Source of the DNA: Candidatus Bathyarchaeota archaeon
GTDB taxonomy: Archaea > Thermoproteota > Bathyarchaeia > Bathyarchaeales > Bathycorpusculaceae
DNA: 64,000 nt
Reading direction: 5' to 3'
NCBI GenBank assembly: GCA_963775685.1
Contig: CAVZJV010000014.1
Coordinates: forward strand, 1,088,001-1,152,000
The notes under the pieces are model-generated. The model worked only from the letters and a program-made list of their open reading frames with translations. It ran no database searches and was not told the origin of the DNA. The position numbers and the translations under genes were made by a program. Every line of letters starts with the position of its first letter. Position 1 is the first letter of the stretch. Positions 29,999 to 39,564 of the stretch are shown here, one piece after another.

Positions 29999-31561
29999 CT
30001 ATTTTTTGAACAGTTCTTTATCTTGTATGTACTCTTTTCCCGTTCGCAACGCAACCTCAGCTTTTGTCAGTTCACTGCCCAAGTAAGCCGCGTGATCCAG
30101 CCTCGATACTAAACCCATATCCAAGATTTTATGAAAAACCCGATCAGCCGTTTTTCCCTTGACTACGTCAACGGGTTTATCCATCTGGGCTGAATGGTAG
30201 TGAGCTGCAACCAAGTCGCCTTCAGTACGGTCTAGGAATATTTTGAACATACCCTCAGAATCCAAATTTGCAGCATCAGATTTCTCGGGTGCATCCACAA
30301 CTTTTGCACCAGTTTCAATTTGTTTGTCGTAGGGCTCTTCGTGGAAGTATTTGTCCTTGAGGACAAGAAGGTCGATGCCGAGGTCTTTGGGAACCGAATT
30401 GCGTTTTTTTGCGAGAAACATCATTTTGGTGGCTGCGACTTCTTCGGTTACTGTTCCCTTTGCTTTGTCGCTTTTCTCAGTTGCCAATAGGATGCTGGCA
30501 TTTATTTCTTGGGAGAGGCGTGCAAGCAAAGCGTTAACGCCCACGGAGTCAGCGTCCATAAGCTCGGTCACGTTTGAGACCCCCACGAACAAGGGAACAT
30601 CAGGGTTTCTTTCTGCAAATTCTTTGAAGGCGATGAAAGATTGCAAAATATCTGTGGGTTCAACTATTAAATCTGCAAGGCACCGTTTTACGCCATTTTT
30701 TTTGGCTTCAGTAATGATTTCTTCGAGGAATTTGACGCGGTCGTGGGCAGATTTAGGGAAATATCCTTGGCGCTGGTTAGTGGGAATAACTACAACGGCA
30801 ACTTTTGAGGCGAAGGGAACGATTTCTTTGATATTTCCTGCATCAGCACTGAGAACAAGGTCTGCGCCAGCTTGGATTGCCGCTTTGATTTCTTCTGGGT
30901 CAAGCGTATCTATGCTAACAGGCGTATCTACAACCTGCTTAACCCATTCCACTATCTGCTTGGCTTTATCAGGTTGGGACTCGCCAGCAACCATGCCAAC
31001 ATCAATAATGTCCGCGCCGACCTCAACAAAACGCTTCGCTGTACGCTGAATTGTTTCCTTATCCATGCATGCAGCATCAACGATTTCTGCAAGAACCCTC
31101 ATCGGAAAATCTTTGCCGACTGCCAATTTTCCTATTAGCATGCTTGAGGGTTTTTTGAGTAGTTCATTACGGTTTGCTTCGGTTTTTGCTATTTCTTGCA
31201 ATGCCTTCTCTTTGAGTTTTTCGCGAAGCAAATCATCGGCTGCCACTGTGGTTGAGAGTTCAACTTCACAGAGGGAATCTAAAACAGTTGGAAGGTCAGC
31301 GGCGTACCTTGGACCCTTAAACGCGGGAACTCCTATGGTTTTGGAAATTAGGCGGGTATCTCCTCTGACTAACCCGGGCACCAAAATCATGTTGAAACAG
31401 GTTAATTTCATTTTCTTAATGATGTCGATAATGGTTTGTGGAGTTAAGAAGGCGGCGACGGCAATCTTGAGCGCCAACGTTTCTGTTTCTACGCCGCTTT
31501 CGCTGGCATAGCGCTTAACAGTGTCTTCTGCAAGTGAGCCTGTAATTAGGAGAACTTTCAA
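29999..31561 (-). CDS. Archaeal dihydropteroate-synthase-like protein (MJ0107-type, methanopterin pathway)
   Basis: LLITGSLA, KGPRYAADL, AEIVDA, GADIIDVG, SIDT, NVTELMDADSVG, PKDLGIDLL, DHAAYLGSEL...YIQD. Confidence 0.88.
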   Translation of the reverse strand: MKVLLITGSLAEDTVKRYASESGVETETLALKIAVAAFLTPQTIIDIIKKMKLTCFNMILVPGLVRGDTRLISKTIGVPAFKGPRYAADLPTVLDSLCEVELSTTVAADDLLREKLKEKALQEIAKTEANRNELLKKPSSMLIGKLAVGKDFPMRVLAEIVDAACMDKETIQRTAKRFVEVGADIIDVGMVAGESQPDKAKQIVEWVKQVVDTPVSIDTLDPEEIKAAIQAGADLVLSADAGNIKEIVPFASKVAVVVIPTNQRQGYFPKSAHDRVKFLEEIITEAKKNGVKRCLADLIVEPTDILQSFIAFKEFAERNPDVPLFVGVSNVTELMDADSVGVNALLARLSQEINASILLATEKSDKAKGTVTEEVAATKMMFLAKKRNSVPKDLGIDLLVLKDKYFHEEPYDKQIETGAKVVDAPEKSDAANLDSEGMFKIFLDRTEGDLVAAHYHSAQMDKPVDVVKGKTADRVFHKILDMGLVSRLDHAAYLGSELTKAEVALRTGKEYIQDKELFKK

Positions 31562-32520
31562 GCCTTTGCCCCGTCGGTTACTTTTATGGTTGCTCCGCGG
31601 TTGTTTGCTCTGGCAATAAAGGCTTCGCCGCCCACTCCTCTACGCAGGTAAGTCTTGACTTTTTTTAGAATATTAGTGGCTTCTTCTTGTTTAACCACCG
31701 CGTAATGGGCTGGTCCCCAAGAACTCTGACCCACACCGTAGGCACCTGCTTTTTTCATAAACTCGACACATTCGGCGGCAACTGGGCTGGCGTAGGTTCC
31801 CCCTTGAGCCTGAGCAAAATGGGTTCCTGTCAGAATTTGGATTTTTGTGACGGCTTCACCAAAGTTTTCGATATCGTGTTCAGTTAAGGCGGGCAGGAGC
31901 TTTAGCATAATTAGGCGGCAGATTTGTCCCACGTCTTCCCCGGGTTGGATTGTTAGTTTTTCAAATGCGCGGTTTTCTTCCGAATTTGATAGTCCTTCTT
32001 TTAAGTTGGGCACTGCAACTATGAAGCACCACTCTGTTGGGAAGGGTTGACGGTAGATTAGGGGTGGGAAAGTTTGAGTTTTGAGGTTTTTGCCTCCGTC
32101 AACTACGAATCCGCCTCTTTCGAAGATGGATGTGCCGACGGCTGTTCTTCTTGCTCGCCCCATGGAAACCGCTAATTCGGGAACAGAGGCTTTCACATTA
32201 AACAGTTTGGCAAGCGCAACTGCTATAGCTATGGAGAACTGGGTGCCTGAACCTAAGCCTATGTGAGAGGGAATCGCTTCTGCAACATGTATGTGGGCTT
32301 TAGGTTGGATTTGATAATTGGAAAAGAACCTCTTAGCTAAAATGGTAGCTAGTTCGGTTTCTTTTCCTGTAATTTGAAAGTTTTCTGCGTTTTGAGCTTC
32401 AACGACAACGTTTGGGCGGTCAATGCCGACTCCTAAGCCGCCGAACATTCGGCCCAAGTCGCCATTCATGTCGATGAGCCCAAGGTGGAGTCTTGCAGGA
32501 GTTTTTACCGTGACCTTCAT
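31558..32520 (-). CDS. mptG: beta-ribofuranosylaminobenzene 5'-phosphate synthase (GHMP family)
   Basis: TPARLHLGLIDMNG...GGLG, PSHIGLGSGTQ, GGFVVDGG, GQSSWGP. Confidence 0.9.
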   Translation of the reverse strand: MKVTVKTPARLHLGLIDMNGDLGRMFGGLGVGIDRPNVVVEAQNAENFQITGKETELATILAKRFFSNYQIQPKAHIHVAEAIPSHIGLGSGTQFSIAIAVALAKLFNVKASVPELAVSMGRARRTAVGTSIFERGGFVVDGGKNLKTQTFPPLIYRQPFPTEWCFIVAVPNLKEGLSNSEENRAFEKLTIQPGEDVGQICRLIMLKLLPALTEHDIENFGEAVTKIQILTGTHFAQAQGGTYASPVAAECVEFMKKAGAYGVGQSSWGPAHYAVVKQEEATNILKKVKTYLRRGVGGEAFIARANNRGATIKVTDGAKA

Positions 32521-33164
32521 TATTTGGTCCTCCATTGATTAATTCTGCCTGTTAGATCAGCCATAATGGTGGAGTAGGTTGATTTTGGCGCCACGCGGTT
32601 GACTACTTCACTGCAGTTATCAATGAATCCCAAAAGAGTTTGGACTTCTCCTTGCTTTGAGGGGTCAGTTACGAAGGCTTTGACGCGTGTTGCGTGGATG
32701 ATGGCTTCCAAAGTTAGTGCCATGGCGCGGCAGATTGGCTGTGGGTACTGCTTTGCCGCCGTTACTTTTTCGACTCTAAGCTGTAACTTTGCTTTATCCA
32801 CGCCTGCCAGTTGGATGCGGGTGACTGAAGCTTCAATTGTTGCGTCTGCCGAACGAAGTTTGGGGGCGTTAATCATGTCTGTTTTTTCAAACCATTCAGG
32901 CGGCAACTTCCCCTCGGGGTTTGTTTCCTTGAAGGTTGAGCGATAAAAAATTTCGATATTGCTTGTTAAGTTGATAATCGCGCATCCGTTTGTTTTGAGG
33001 TTTTGGCTGGTTTGGGATGAGTTGAAGATGTTTAGGCTGAGGGTTTGTTCGTCTTCCATGATGATGCCCATGGGTGCCGCATTGGGGTTTTTGGCCTTGT
33101 CGAAAGTTGAAACTATAGTTTCAAAGATAATGCCTTTTGAGAAGCCCAAGTCGGTGATGAGCAT
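32520..33164 (-). CDS. DUF447-family protein (methanopterin-biosynthesis associated)
   Basis: ETIVST...NAAPMGI, SQTSQNL, CRA...LEAIIHATR; translationally coupled to mptG. Confidence 0.85.
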   Translation of the reverse strand: MLITDLGFSKGIIFETIVSTFDKAKNPNAAPMGIIMEDEQTLSLNIFNSSQTSQNLKTNGCAIINLTSNIEIFYRSTFKETNPEGKLPPEWFEKTDMINAPKLRSADATIEASVTRIQLAGVDKAKLQLRVEKVTAAKQYPQPICRAMALTLEAIIHATRVKAFVTDPSKQGEVQTLLGFIDNCSEVVNRVAPKSTYSTIMADLTGRINQWRTK

Positions 33165-33348
33165 TATGTTTCAACCGAGTGTAAATTTTCACAGTCGAAT
33201 AATAAAGTTTTGCCAACCAAACCCCTGACTCATTAAAGAAGTACCAAATTTAAGAACTATGGAAGGTTTTTAAGCAAACAAACGAATATTCAATAAGGAT
33301 AATTTTGTGCTCTAAAAACCTCAACGTTTTTCGGTGGTAAAATAGCAA

Positions 33349-34722
33349 ATGGCTGTTAAGGTAGCTTTGGTTTATCCGTATTTTCATCCGGCAAACGACA
33401 ACTCCATTTTCCGTTTTCCACCCTTAGGCTTAGGCTACATTGCGGCGGCTCTGCAAACACACGATTTTGAGGTTGAGCTGGTTGATTGCACTTTTATGCA
33501 ACAAAAAGAGGCAATAGAGCAGATAAAGCATGCAAAGCCCCAGATTGTTGGGTTCTACTCGATGTTTTCGATGAAAAAAACCACTCTCGAACTTGCGCAC
33601 ATCTTAAAAAATGGGGGATTGGCTAATGCTTTGTTTGTAGTGGGCGGTCCTTTGCCTTCTTGGGCGCCTGAAGGTTTTCTGGACGTTTTCGACGCAGTTG
33701 CGGTCGGGGAAGGCGAACAAACGATGATAGAGCTGGCGGATTGCGTTGCTCAACGCAAAGAGTTCTTAGGTGTAAAGGGGCTGGTCTTAAAAGTTGGCAA
33801 CCAAATTATCAAAACTGCCCCCAGAGAATTCGTCGAAAAGCTCGACACACTCTCTTTTCCAACTCGCGACCTCTTTGACAACCAAGCCTACAAAAAATAT
33901 TACCTTGATCGTTTCGGTTACTCAACCACCTCGATGATTACCTCGCGAGGGTGCCTGTTTTCTTGCGATTTCTGCAGCCGACCCATTTTTGGCGCTGACA
34001 TGAGAACGCGCTCAGTGGGAAATATAGTTGATGAGGTAGAGCAGATTGCAGAGTTGGGTTATGACCGGGTTTGGTTTGCTGATGACTGTTTTACATTGAA
34101 TCGCAATCATTTGCTGGATGTCTGCAGAGAAATTGTTCGCCGAGGTGTCAAGGTAGGATGGCAGTGTTTGTCGCGTGTAGACACTATGGATGCACAGGTT
34201 GCAGCTGGTATGAAGAGCGCGGGGTGCATTGGCGTTTTCTTTGGCATCGAGTCGGGAAATGACTCAGTTTTAGGTTTAATGAACAAACGCATAACGATTT
34301 CACAGGCTAAACGAGCTGTTTATGTGGCTAAATCGGCGGGTCTTAAAGTTGGCGCCTTCTTCATCGTCGGGTATCCTGGGGAAAGCAACAAAACGGTTCT
34401 GGACACGGTGCGTTTTGCGTCGGGTTTGCCGCTTGATTACTTGTCCTTTACGTTGCCTTATCCGATTCCTGGTACGCCCCTCTATGCACGCGTGAAAGAT
34501 GATGGCGTGTCAATTGAGGATTGGGAAGAACCAAAAAACTATCGTTTAATCCGCCACAAACTGTTGTATGCTTCGGGTTTTAGTGAGGGTAAGCTAAAGT
34601 TTGCGATTGGGAAGGCCTGGGTGCAGTTTTATGGGCAGAAATATCTTGGGAAAACGGTTTATGGTGTGTTGGGTTGGCCGTTTGAGCGTTTGACTGATTT
34701 TGCGTTTGAGTGTATCCGTTAA
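33349..34722 (+). CDS. Cobalamin-binding radical SAM protein
   Basis: PPLGLGYIAA, VGGP, GEGE, TSRGCLFSCDFC, ADDCF, GIESG, FIVGYPGE, PIPGT. Confidence 0.9.
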   Translation: MAVKVALVYPYFHPANDNSIFRFPPLGLGYIAAALQTHDFEVELVDCTFMQQKEAIEQIKHAKPQIVGFYSMFSMKKTTLELAHILKNGGLANALFVVGGPLPSWAPEGFLDVFDAVAVGEGEQTMIELADCVAQRKEFLGVKGLVLKVGNQIIKTAPREFVEKLDTLSFPTRDLFDNQAYKKYYLDRFGYSTTSMITSRGCLFSCDFCSRPIFGADMRTRSVGNIVDEVEQIAELGYDRVWFADDCFTLNRNHLLDVCREIVRRGVKVGWQCLSRVDTMDAQVAAGMKSAGCIGVFFGIESGNDSVLGLMNKRITISQAKRAVYVAKSAGLKVGAFFIVGYPGESNKTVLDTVRFASGLPLDYLSFTLPYPIPGTPLYARVKDDGVSIEDWEEPKNYRLIRHKLLYASGFSEGKLKFAIGKAWVQFYGQKYLGKTVYGVLGWPFERLTDFAFECIR

Positions 34723-34764
34723 GTTTGAGTTTCGGGCAGGTGGCTTGTTTTTGCATCCGCAAGC

Positions 34765-34785
34765 TATATATCAAATTGATATATA
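34765..34785. promoter_or_regulatory. Perfect palindrome, probable PadR autoregulatory operator
   Basis: TATATATCAA-A-TTGATATATA, 25 nt upstream of the PadR start and overlapping the TATA region. Confidence 0.75.
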
Positions 34786-34810
34786 ATATAATGATATAGT
34801 GTGAAACTCA

Positions 34811-35374
34811 ATGAAAGACAACAACGCAAAATATGTCCTCCTTGGACTCCTAAGCCACACCCCCATGACCGGATATGACATCAAAAAATCCGTCGCCACC
34901 CGAATGAGCTATTTCTGGGACCTCAGCTATGGACAAATCTATCCAACCCTCAAACAACTAGAAAAAAATAAACTCATAACCAGACAAGTAAAAAACAACC
35001 CCAACGGACCCACACGAAAAGTTTACACCATAACTGAAGCAGGCATCAAAGAACTCCAAACCTGGCTCACCAAGCCAGCAAAAAAAGAAGCCCACAAATA
35101 TGAATTCCTACTCAAACTCATATTCGGCGATCAAGCCCCGCCTGAATTAAACCAAAAACACATTCAGGAATTCAAAGACAGAAACCAAAAAATCCTTCAA
35201 ACCATGATCGCATTTGAAGAAAACCTAAAGCCGATAGTTAACCAAAGTGAATCCCACTTCTACGTGCTATTGACAATTCTCTTGGGCAAGAGCATCTCCA
35301 AAGTGAGCGTCGAGTGGGCTGATAACACATTAAGAATGTTGCAAGAACACAATGTTGGAGGTGAAAAATTTTGA
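34811..35374 (+). CDS. PadR-family transcriptional regulator
   Basis: LLGLL..PMTGYDIKK, FWDLSYGQIYPTLKQL, RKVYTITEAG, plus C-terminal helical domain. Confidence 0.93.
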   Translation: MKDNNAKYVLLGLLSHTPMTGYDIKKSVATRMSYFWDLSYGQIYPTLKQLEKNKLITRQVKNNPNGPTRKVYTITEAGIKELQTWLTKPAKKEAHKYEFLLKLIFGDQAPPELNQKHIQEFKDRNQKILQTMIAFEENLKPIVNQSESHFYVLLTILLGKSISKVSVEWADNTLRMLQEHNVGGEKF

Positions 35375-35934
35375 GATTTTGGCCGCAGAAGAAATGGAAG
35401 AAAATCTTGCTGACAGCTCTGCTGGTACTTTTAACTATTTTATTGGGCATCAGCGGCTACTTGGAATATAGCGTTTACCGGGAAGTCTCCACCCAAACCG
35501 TAGTTCTAAACTTAGACGGTGCAAAAACAGCTTTAATGATCTACCACCCCGGCATAACGAACTTTGCCCACAACGTTACATACTCGTTCGCTGATGGATT
35601 AGTTTCCAGCGGTTGGCGTGTGGAAATCGCAACGGCGAGCCCTCAAGCTCCCACGAGTCTGTCAAACTATTCGCTGTTGGTGCTCGGCTGGCCCATTTAT
35701 GACTTTAACCCTGGACCGACAATAATCAACCAAATCCATCGAATGGGAAACCTTAACGGTACCGCTACTGTGGTAATGGTTATCGCTGGAGGCATGGATC
35801 CCTTGAACGCGCAGGCAAACATGGAAAAGATAGTACAAAATGCCAACGGAACATTGCTAGATACCCTAAAGGCTTTCCGAGGCAGAGATGCTTGGCAAAT
35901 GATGCAAGAGGAAGGCAGCAAATTAACATCGTAA
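35371..35934 (+). CDS. Membrane-anchored flavodoxin-like protein
   Basis: N-terminal TM, then ALMIYHPG.T, YSLLVLGWPIY flavodoxin-fold pattern; overlaps the PadR stop. Confidence 0.7.
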   Translation: MRFWPQKKWKKILLTALLVLLTILLGISGYLEYSVYREVSTQTVVLNLDGAKTALMIYHPGITNFAHNVTYSFADGLVSSGWRVEIATASPQAPTSLSNYSLLVLGWPIYDFNPGPTIINQIHRMGNLNGTATVVMVIAGGMDPLNAQANMEKIVQNANGTLLDTLKAFRGRDAWQMMQEEGSKLTS

Positions 35935-35944
35935 AGTGTAATCG

Positions 35945-36442
35945 ATGAAAAAACCAATGGCCCTCCCCACATTCATAAGTTCGCTACGAATTGCAGCCCT
36001 ACCCTTCTTCTTCTACTTCTTCAATTTAGGGAATGTAGGCGCATGTCTGGGATTGCTCACTTTTAGTGCAGCCACAGACTTTTTGGATGGATATTTAGCC
36101 CGAAAACTAAAAGTAACCTCACGGTTCGGCGCATACTATGACGCCACAATCGACTTTACCCTGATGATTGGCATTTTTGCAATTTTTTATGTTGTCGGGT
36201 ACTATCCAATTTGGCTTCTGGTACTTATCGCCGTAGCGTTCATTCAGTTCTTAATTTCAAGCGTCTTTGCTCGAAAAATATACGATCCTGTAGGACGCTA
36301 CCTTGGGAGCGCCCTCTATATCGGCATAGTCCTAACGTTACTTTGGCCAACCCAAACGGTGTTTGATTTTGTGCAGTACGCTTTTGTAGCTTTCTTCTTG
36401 GTTTCGCTGGCAAGTCGCACAGTGAGTTTAATCCGAAAATAA
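35945..36442 (+). CDS. CDP-alcohol phosphatidyltransferase family protein
   Basis: PTFISSLRI and DFLDGYLAR...SRFGAYYDATID signature. Confidence 0.88.
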   Translation: MKKPMALPTFISSLRIAALPFFFYFFNLGNVGACLGLLTFSAATDFLDGYLARKLKVTSRFGAYYDATIDFTLMIGIFAIFYVVGYYPIWLLVLIAVAFIQFLISSVFARKIYDPVGRYLGSALYIGIVLTLLWPTQTVFDFVQYAFVAFFLVSLASRTVSLIRK

Positions 36443-36500
36443 AATCAGAGTAAGCTAATATAGTGTTTATCTCTTATTCCAACTTACTTTAGGTGTCCTG

Positions 36501-37514
36501 TTGCCAGAAAAATGCCAAAACCAAGCAGCATTACCTGAGCAAATCCGCGTTTCTTTAGGCACTGCCATAGTCCTTGGGCTCATAGCGGGTAAATTGGATG
36601 CAAACCCGACAGCAGCATATTTGATGACCCACAAGATAGGCAAGTGCATAGCAAACTGCGGCTTCTGTCCCCAAGCTCGAGAAAGCAAAAGTAGCACCGA
36701 GTTGCTTTCGCGCGTAACGTGGCCAAGTTTCTCAATCTCAAACGTCATAGCAGCTATTAGTAAAGGAGCAAAGGAAGACAAAATCAGGCGTGTATGTATC
36801 CAAGCCTTGAACTACCCCAATGTTTTCAACCATTTGGAAGCCTTGGTAAGAGAAATAAAAAGGCATTCCGCGGTCGCGGTTTCGGTTTCCTGTCAGCCGC
36901 TAAACATGGAGAATATTGTGCTTTTGGCAAATGCGGGTGCTGACAGGTTAGGCATTGCTGTGGACGCAGCTACAGAAGCAATTTTCAGCAAAGTTAAGGG
37001 CAAAGGAGCAGGCAGCACATACACTTGGGAAAACCAGTTCCGCCAACTTACCCAAGCTTTGGATGTTTTTGGTGAGGGAAACGTTAGTACGCACGTGATT
37101 GTGGGTTTGGGGGAAACCGAAAAAGATACGGTGGAGATGGTTCAGAAGTGTGTTGATATGGGTGTTTTGCCGGCGATTTTCGCGTTTACACCCGTCCGTG
37201 GGACAGCTTTGGAGGCTAAATCGCCGCCGAATCTTGAGTCTTATCGTCGAGTTCAGCTTGCTAGGTACCTTATTGTGAATGGCAAAACAAAACTACCGGA
37301 CATGTTATTTAGTTTAGATGGAAAAATCAAAGGATATGGACTCACCAACGAGGCATTAAACGCCGTGGTTGAGAGCGGTTTGCCTTTCCAAACTTCAGGT
37401 TGCCTCGACTGCAACCGCCCCTACTATAATGAAAAACCAAGTGGACCCCTATACAACTATCCAAACAAACTAAGCAAAGAAGAAATAAAGAAAATCAAAA
37501 AAGAACTATCTTAG
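36501..37514 (+). CDS. lipS2: Radical SAM protein, archaeal lipoyl synthase subunit LipS2-like
   Basis: IRVSLGTA, CIANCGFCPQAR, LSRVTWP, C-terminal TSGCLDCNRP matching the LipS2 TxGCxxC(N/D)RP motif. Confidence 0.7.
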   Translation: MPEKCQNQAALPEQIRVSLGTAIVLGLIAGKLDANPTAAYLMTHKIGKCIANCGFCPQARESKSSTELLSRVTWPSFSISNVIAAISKGAKEDKIRRVCIQALNYPNVFNHLEALVREIKRHSAVAVSVSCQPLNMENIVLLANAGADRLGIAVDAATEAIFSKVKGKGAGSTYTWENQFRQLTQALDVFGEGNVSTHVIVGLGETEKDTVEMVQKCVDMGVLPAIFAFTPVRGTALEAKSPPNLESYRRVQLARYLIVNGKTKLPDMLFSLDGKIKGYGLTNEALNAVVESGLPFQTSGCLDCNRPYYNEKPSGPLYNYPNKLSKEEIKKIKKELS

Positions 37515-38855
37515 CAGTTGATCCGCCGTTTGGTCGCTTTGTTTTTTGCTGTTCCGTAGCATCTTGGGCTTTTGTCTTGTAACCTGCTCAACTAACCGCC
37601 AGAACTCATCCATCGTATAGCCTTTAAGCAGATCCTTCATGAGTTTCTTGACTTGGTAGTAGGTCATTTGAGCTTCGCCTTTGTCGAGGCTTTCTTGTGG
37701 ACCTTTGATGCGGCGGAAAAGTTCATCCATTTGCCTTGGTGATGCGCGGACTCCAGCTTTTTCTAGTAGCTTTTGGATGAGCGTTTGTCCTGTGTTTCTG
37801 CCTATGAAAATCATGGTTTCTCGCCCTACAATTTCAGGCGGGAAAGGCTCGAAGACTAGAGGTTGGGACATCATTTCCTCAACTTCTTCTTCGACTTCGT
37901 GGGTGAAGATGTTTTCGCCGATTATGGGCTTATGGAACTGGATGGGTAGGGCGAATGCCTTTTCAGCTGTTTGTGCCAAACGGTAGATTTTTCCCAAGTC
38001 AATTCCAGTGTCGATATTGTAGAGTAATTCTGCTGCTGTGACGACTTCTTCGAAGGGTGCAATGCCTGCGCGTTCGCCAAAACCAGCGATGCAAGTGTGA
38101 AGATAAGATACACCTTCTTCCATCGCTGCTAAGGTGTTTGCTGATCCTAAACCAAAGTCGTTGTGGCAGTGGATCGATAGCGGAACTTTCTTTCTAATAG
38201 CCTCATGCAATCCGTCGCGAATATGTGAAATTAAATAGCGCATCGAAAGGGGTCTAATGAAACCTACGCTGTCAGCTACGCCCAATCTGATTGCACCTGC
38301 GTTAGCGGCTGCCTCAAAAACTTGCAATATATCTTCAATGGGAGTTCTGGTGGCATCCATAAGAATGAAGTTAACATTTGTGCCATGCTTTTTGGCGTAT
38401 TCTATGCCTTCAACTATTCTTTGATGTGCTTGCTCTTTGGTTAGCTTCAACTTGTACTGTAGGTTTAACCCATTAATGGGAGATTCGATGGTTATTTCTT
38501 TGATGCCGCTTTCCAGGCACGCGTTGATGCTATTCTTTGTAGGTTCAGCGGAAGCAGTAAGCTTGGAGTAAGTGAAGGTTTCGTTGACGATACGTTTAAC
38601 GGTACGTTTTTCTTCTTCGGAAAGAGCGGGAAAACCAACGTTAATAATTGATACGCCTGATTCATCCATGAGTTTTGCTAGGCGCACTTGCTCAACATAT
38701 GTTAAGTAAACAGTTGGGGCTTTGATGCCTTCTCGGAAGGTTTCATCCCAGATGAACACGCGATCTGGAAGCTTGGGGGGCAAGTTCTTTCGTAAGCGGT
38801 TGTAGTTGGCTATCAAGCCCTGAGCTTCTAGCTTTTTGAATATAGTCTTCCTCAT
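37506..38855 (-). CDS. DRE-TIM metallolyase (homocitrate/2-isopropylmalate/citramalate synthase family), divergent active site
   Basis: IWDETFREG, VGFP, ADSVG, HCHNDFGLG, GERAG, KPIIGENIFTH. Confidence 0.8.
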   Translation of the reverse strand: MRKTIFKKLEAQGLIANYNRLRKNLPPKLPDRVFIWDETFREGIKAPTVYLTYVEQVRLAKLMDESGVSIINVGFPALSEEEKRTVKRIVNETFTYSKLTASAEPTKNSINACLESGIKEITIESPINGLNLQYKLKLTKEQAHQRIVEGIEYAKKHGTNVNFILMDATRTPIEDILQVFEAAANAGAIRLGVADSVGFIRPLSMRYLISHIRDGLHEAIRKKVPLSIHCHNDFGLGSANTLAAMEEGVSYLHTCIAGFGERAGIAPFEEVVTAAELLYNIDTGIDLGKIYRLAQTAEKAFALPIQFHKPIIGENIFTHEVEEEVEEMMSQPLVFEPFPPEIVGRETMIFIGRNTGQTLIQKLLEKAGVRASPRQMDELFRRIKGPQESLDKGEAQMTYYQVKKLMKDLLKGYTMDEFWRLVEQVTRQKPKMLRNSKKQSDQTADQLLR

Positions 38856-39344
38856 TTAGACACAATCCAATAAATGAGCTAAATTAACATGTTTAATTTG
38901 CTAATACCTATATAAAACTGCATCTATCAAACGCATGGTGTCTTTTTCTTTTGTTTTGCATCGTAGGGGGGTGGGTAGCTGTATCCCGCTTCTTGGCTTG
39001 TTTTTTGGTTTGCTTTATGGGTTTTGGCGGGTTTTGCAATTTATTTGGGGTGACGAGGTCTTGATTCATTCCAACATTGAGTCTACGTTGGGTAGAGAGG
39101 TTGTGGGTGATATCTCTCAGGGCAAAATTGGGGTTTATTATGGAACAAGTTAGTGGGTTAGCCGCTCTTCTTTGGGCTCAGTAAACTGGAATTAAGGGAT
39201 GTGGCTCCTACAGTCGACCTCACAATATTATATTTATGCATTTGAAACAGAAAACAGCAAGAAACAGTCTCCACTTGCTACGGTCTGCTTACAAAAGTCT
39301 TTAGTGCGCGAAAAATTGTCTAACTTAAAGAAGGGCCCCCTCAA

Positions 39345-39531
39345 ATGAGAATAGCCTAAAAAACACATTCGAAAGGAAGGCCTTAGAAGCTGAGAAAAGG
39401 AATTTATTAGAAGAGTTTAAGGACCCCAAAAAAATTGTGGATCCAAAGCAGTAGGTCTTGAAAGCAAAGTTGGTGCGCTTCGGGCTGAAGTAAACGCGTT
39501 CAAGACTCTGATGAAAGGGTCCAGACCTTAA
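39345..39531 (+). pseudogene. Degenerate small coiled-coil protein gene
   Basis: Heptad segments KALEAEKRNLLEEFKD and GLESKVGALRAEVNAFKTLM lie in shifting frames with an internal stop. Confidence 0.35.
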
Positions 39532-39564
39532 TGCTCCAAATAAAATATAAATTTGAAAAATTCT

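Noticed and set aside
30351-31511. Long antisense ORFs (232 and 148 aa) within the DHPS-like gene; likewise 46220..46678 within the ESCRT-III gene
   Set aside because: In-register antisense frames produced by codon bias, with no SD or motif support
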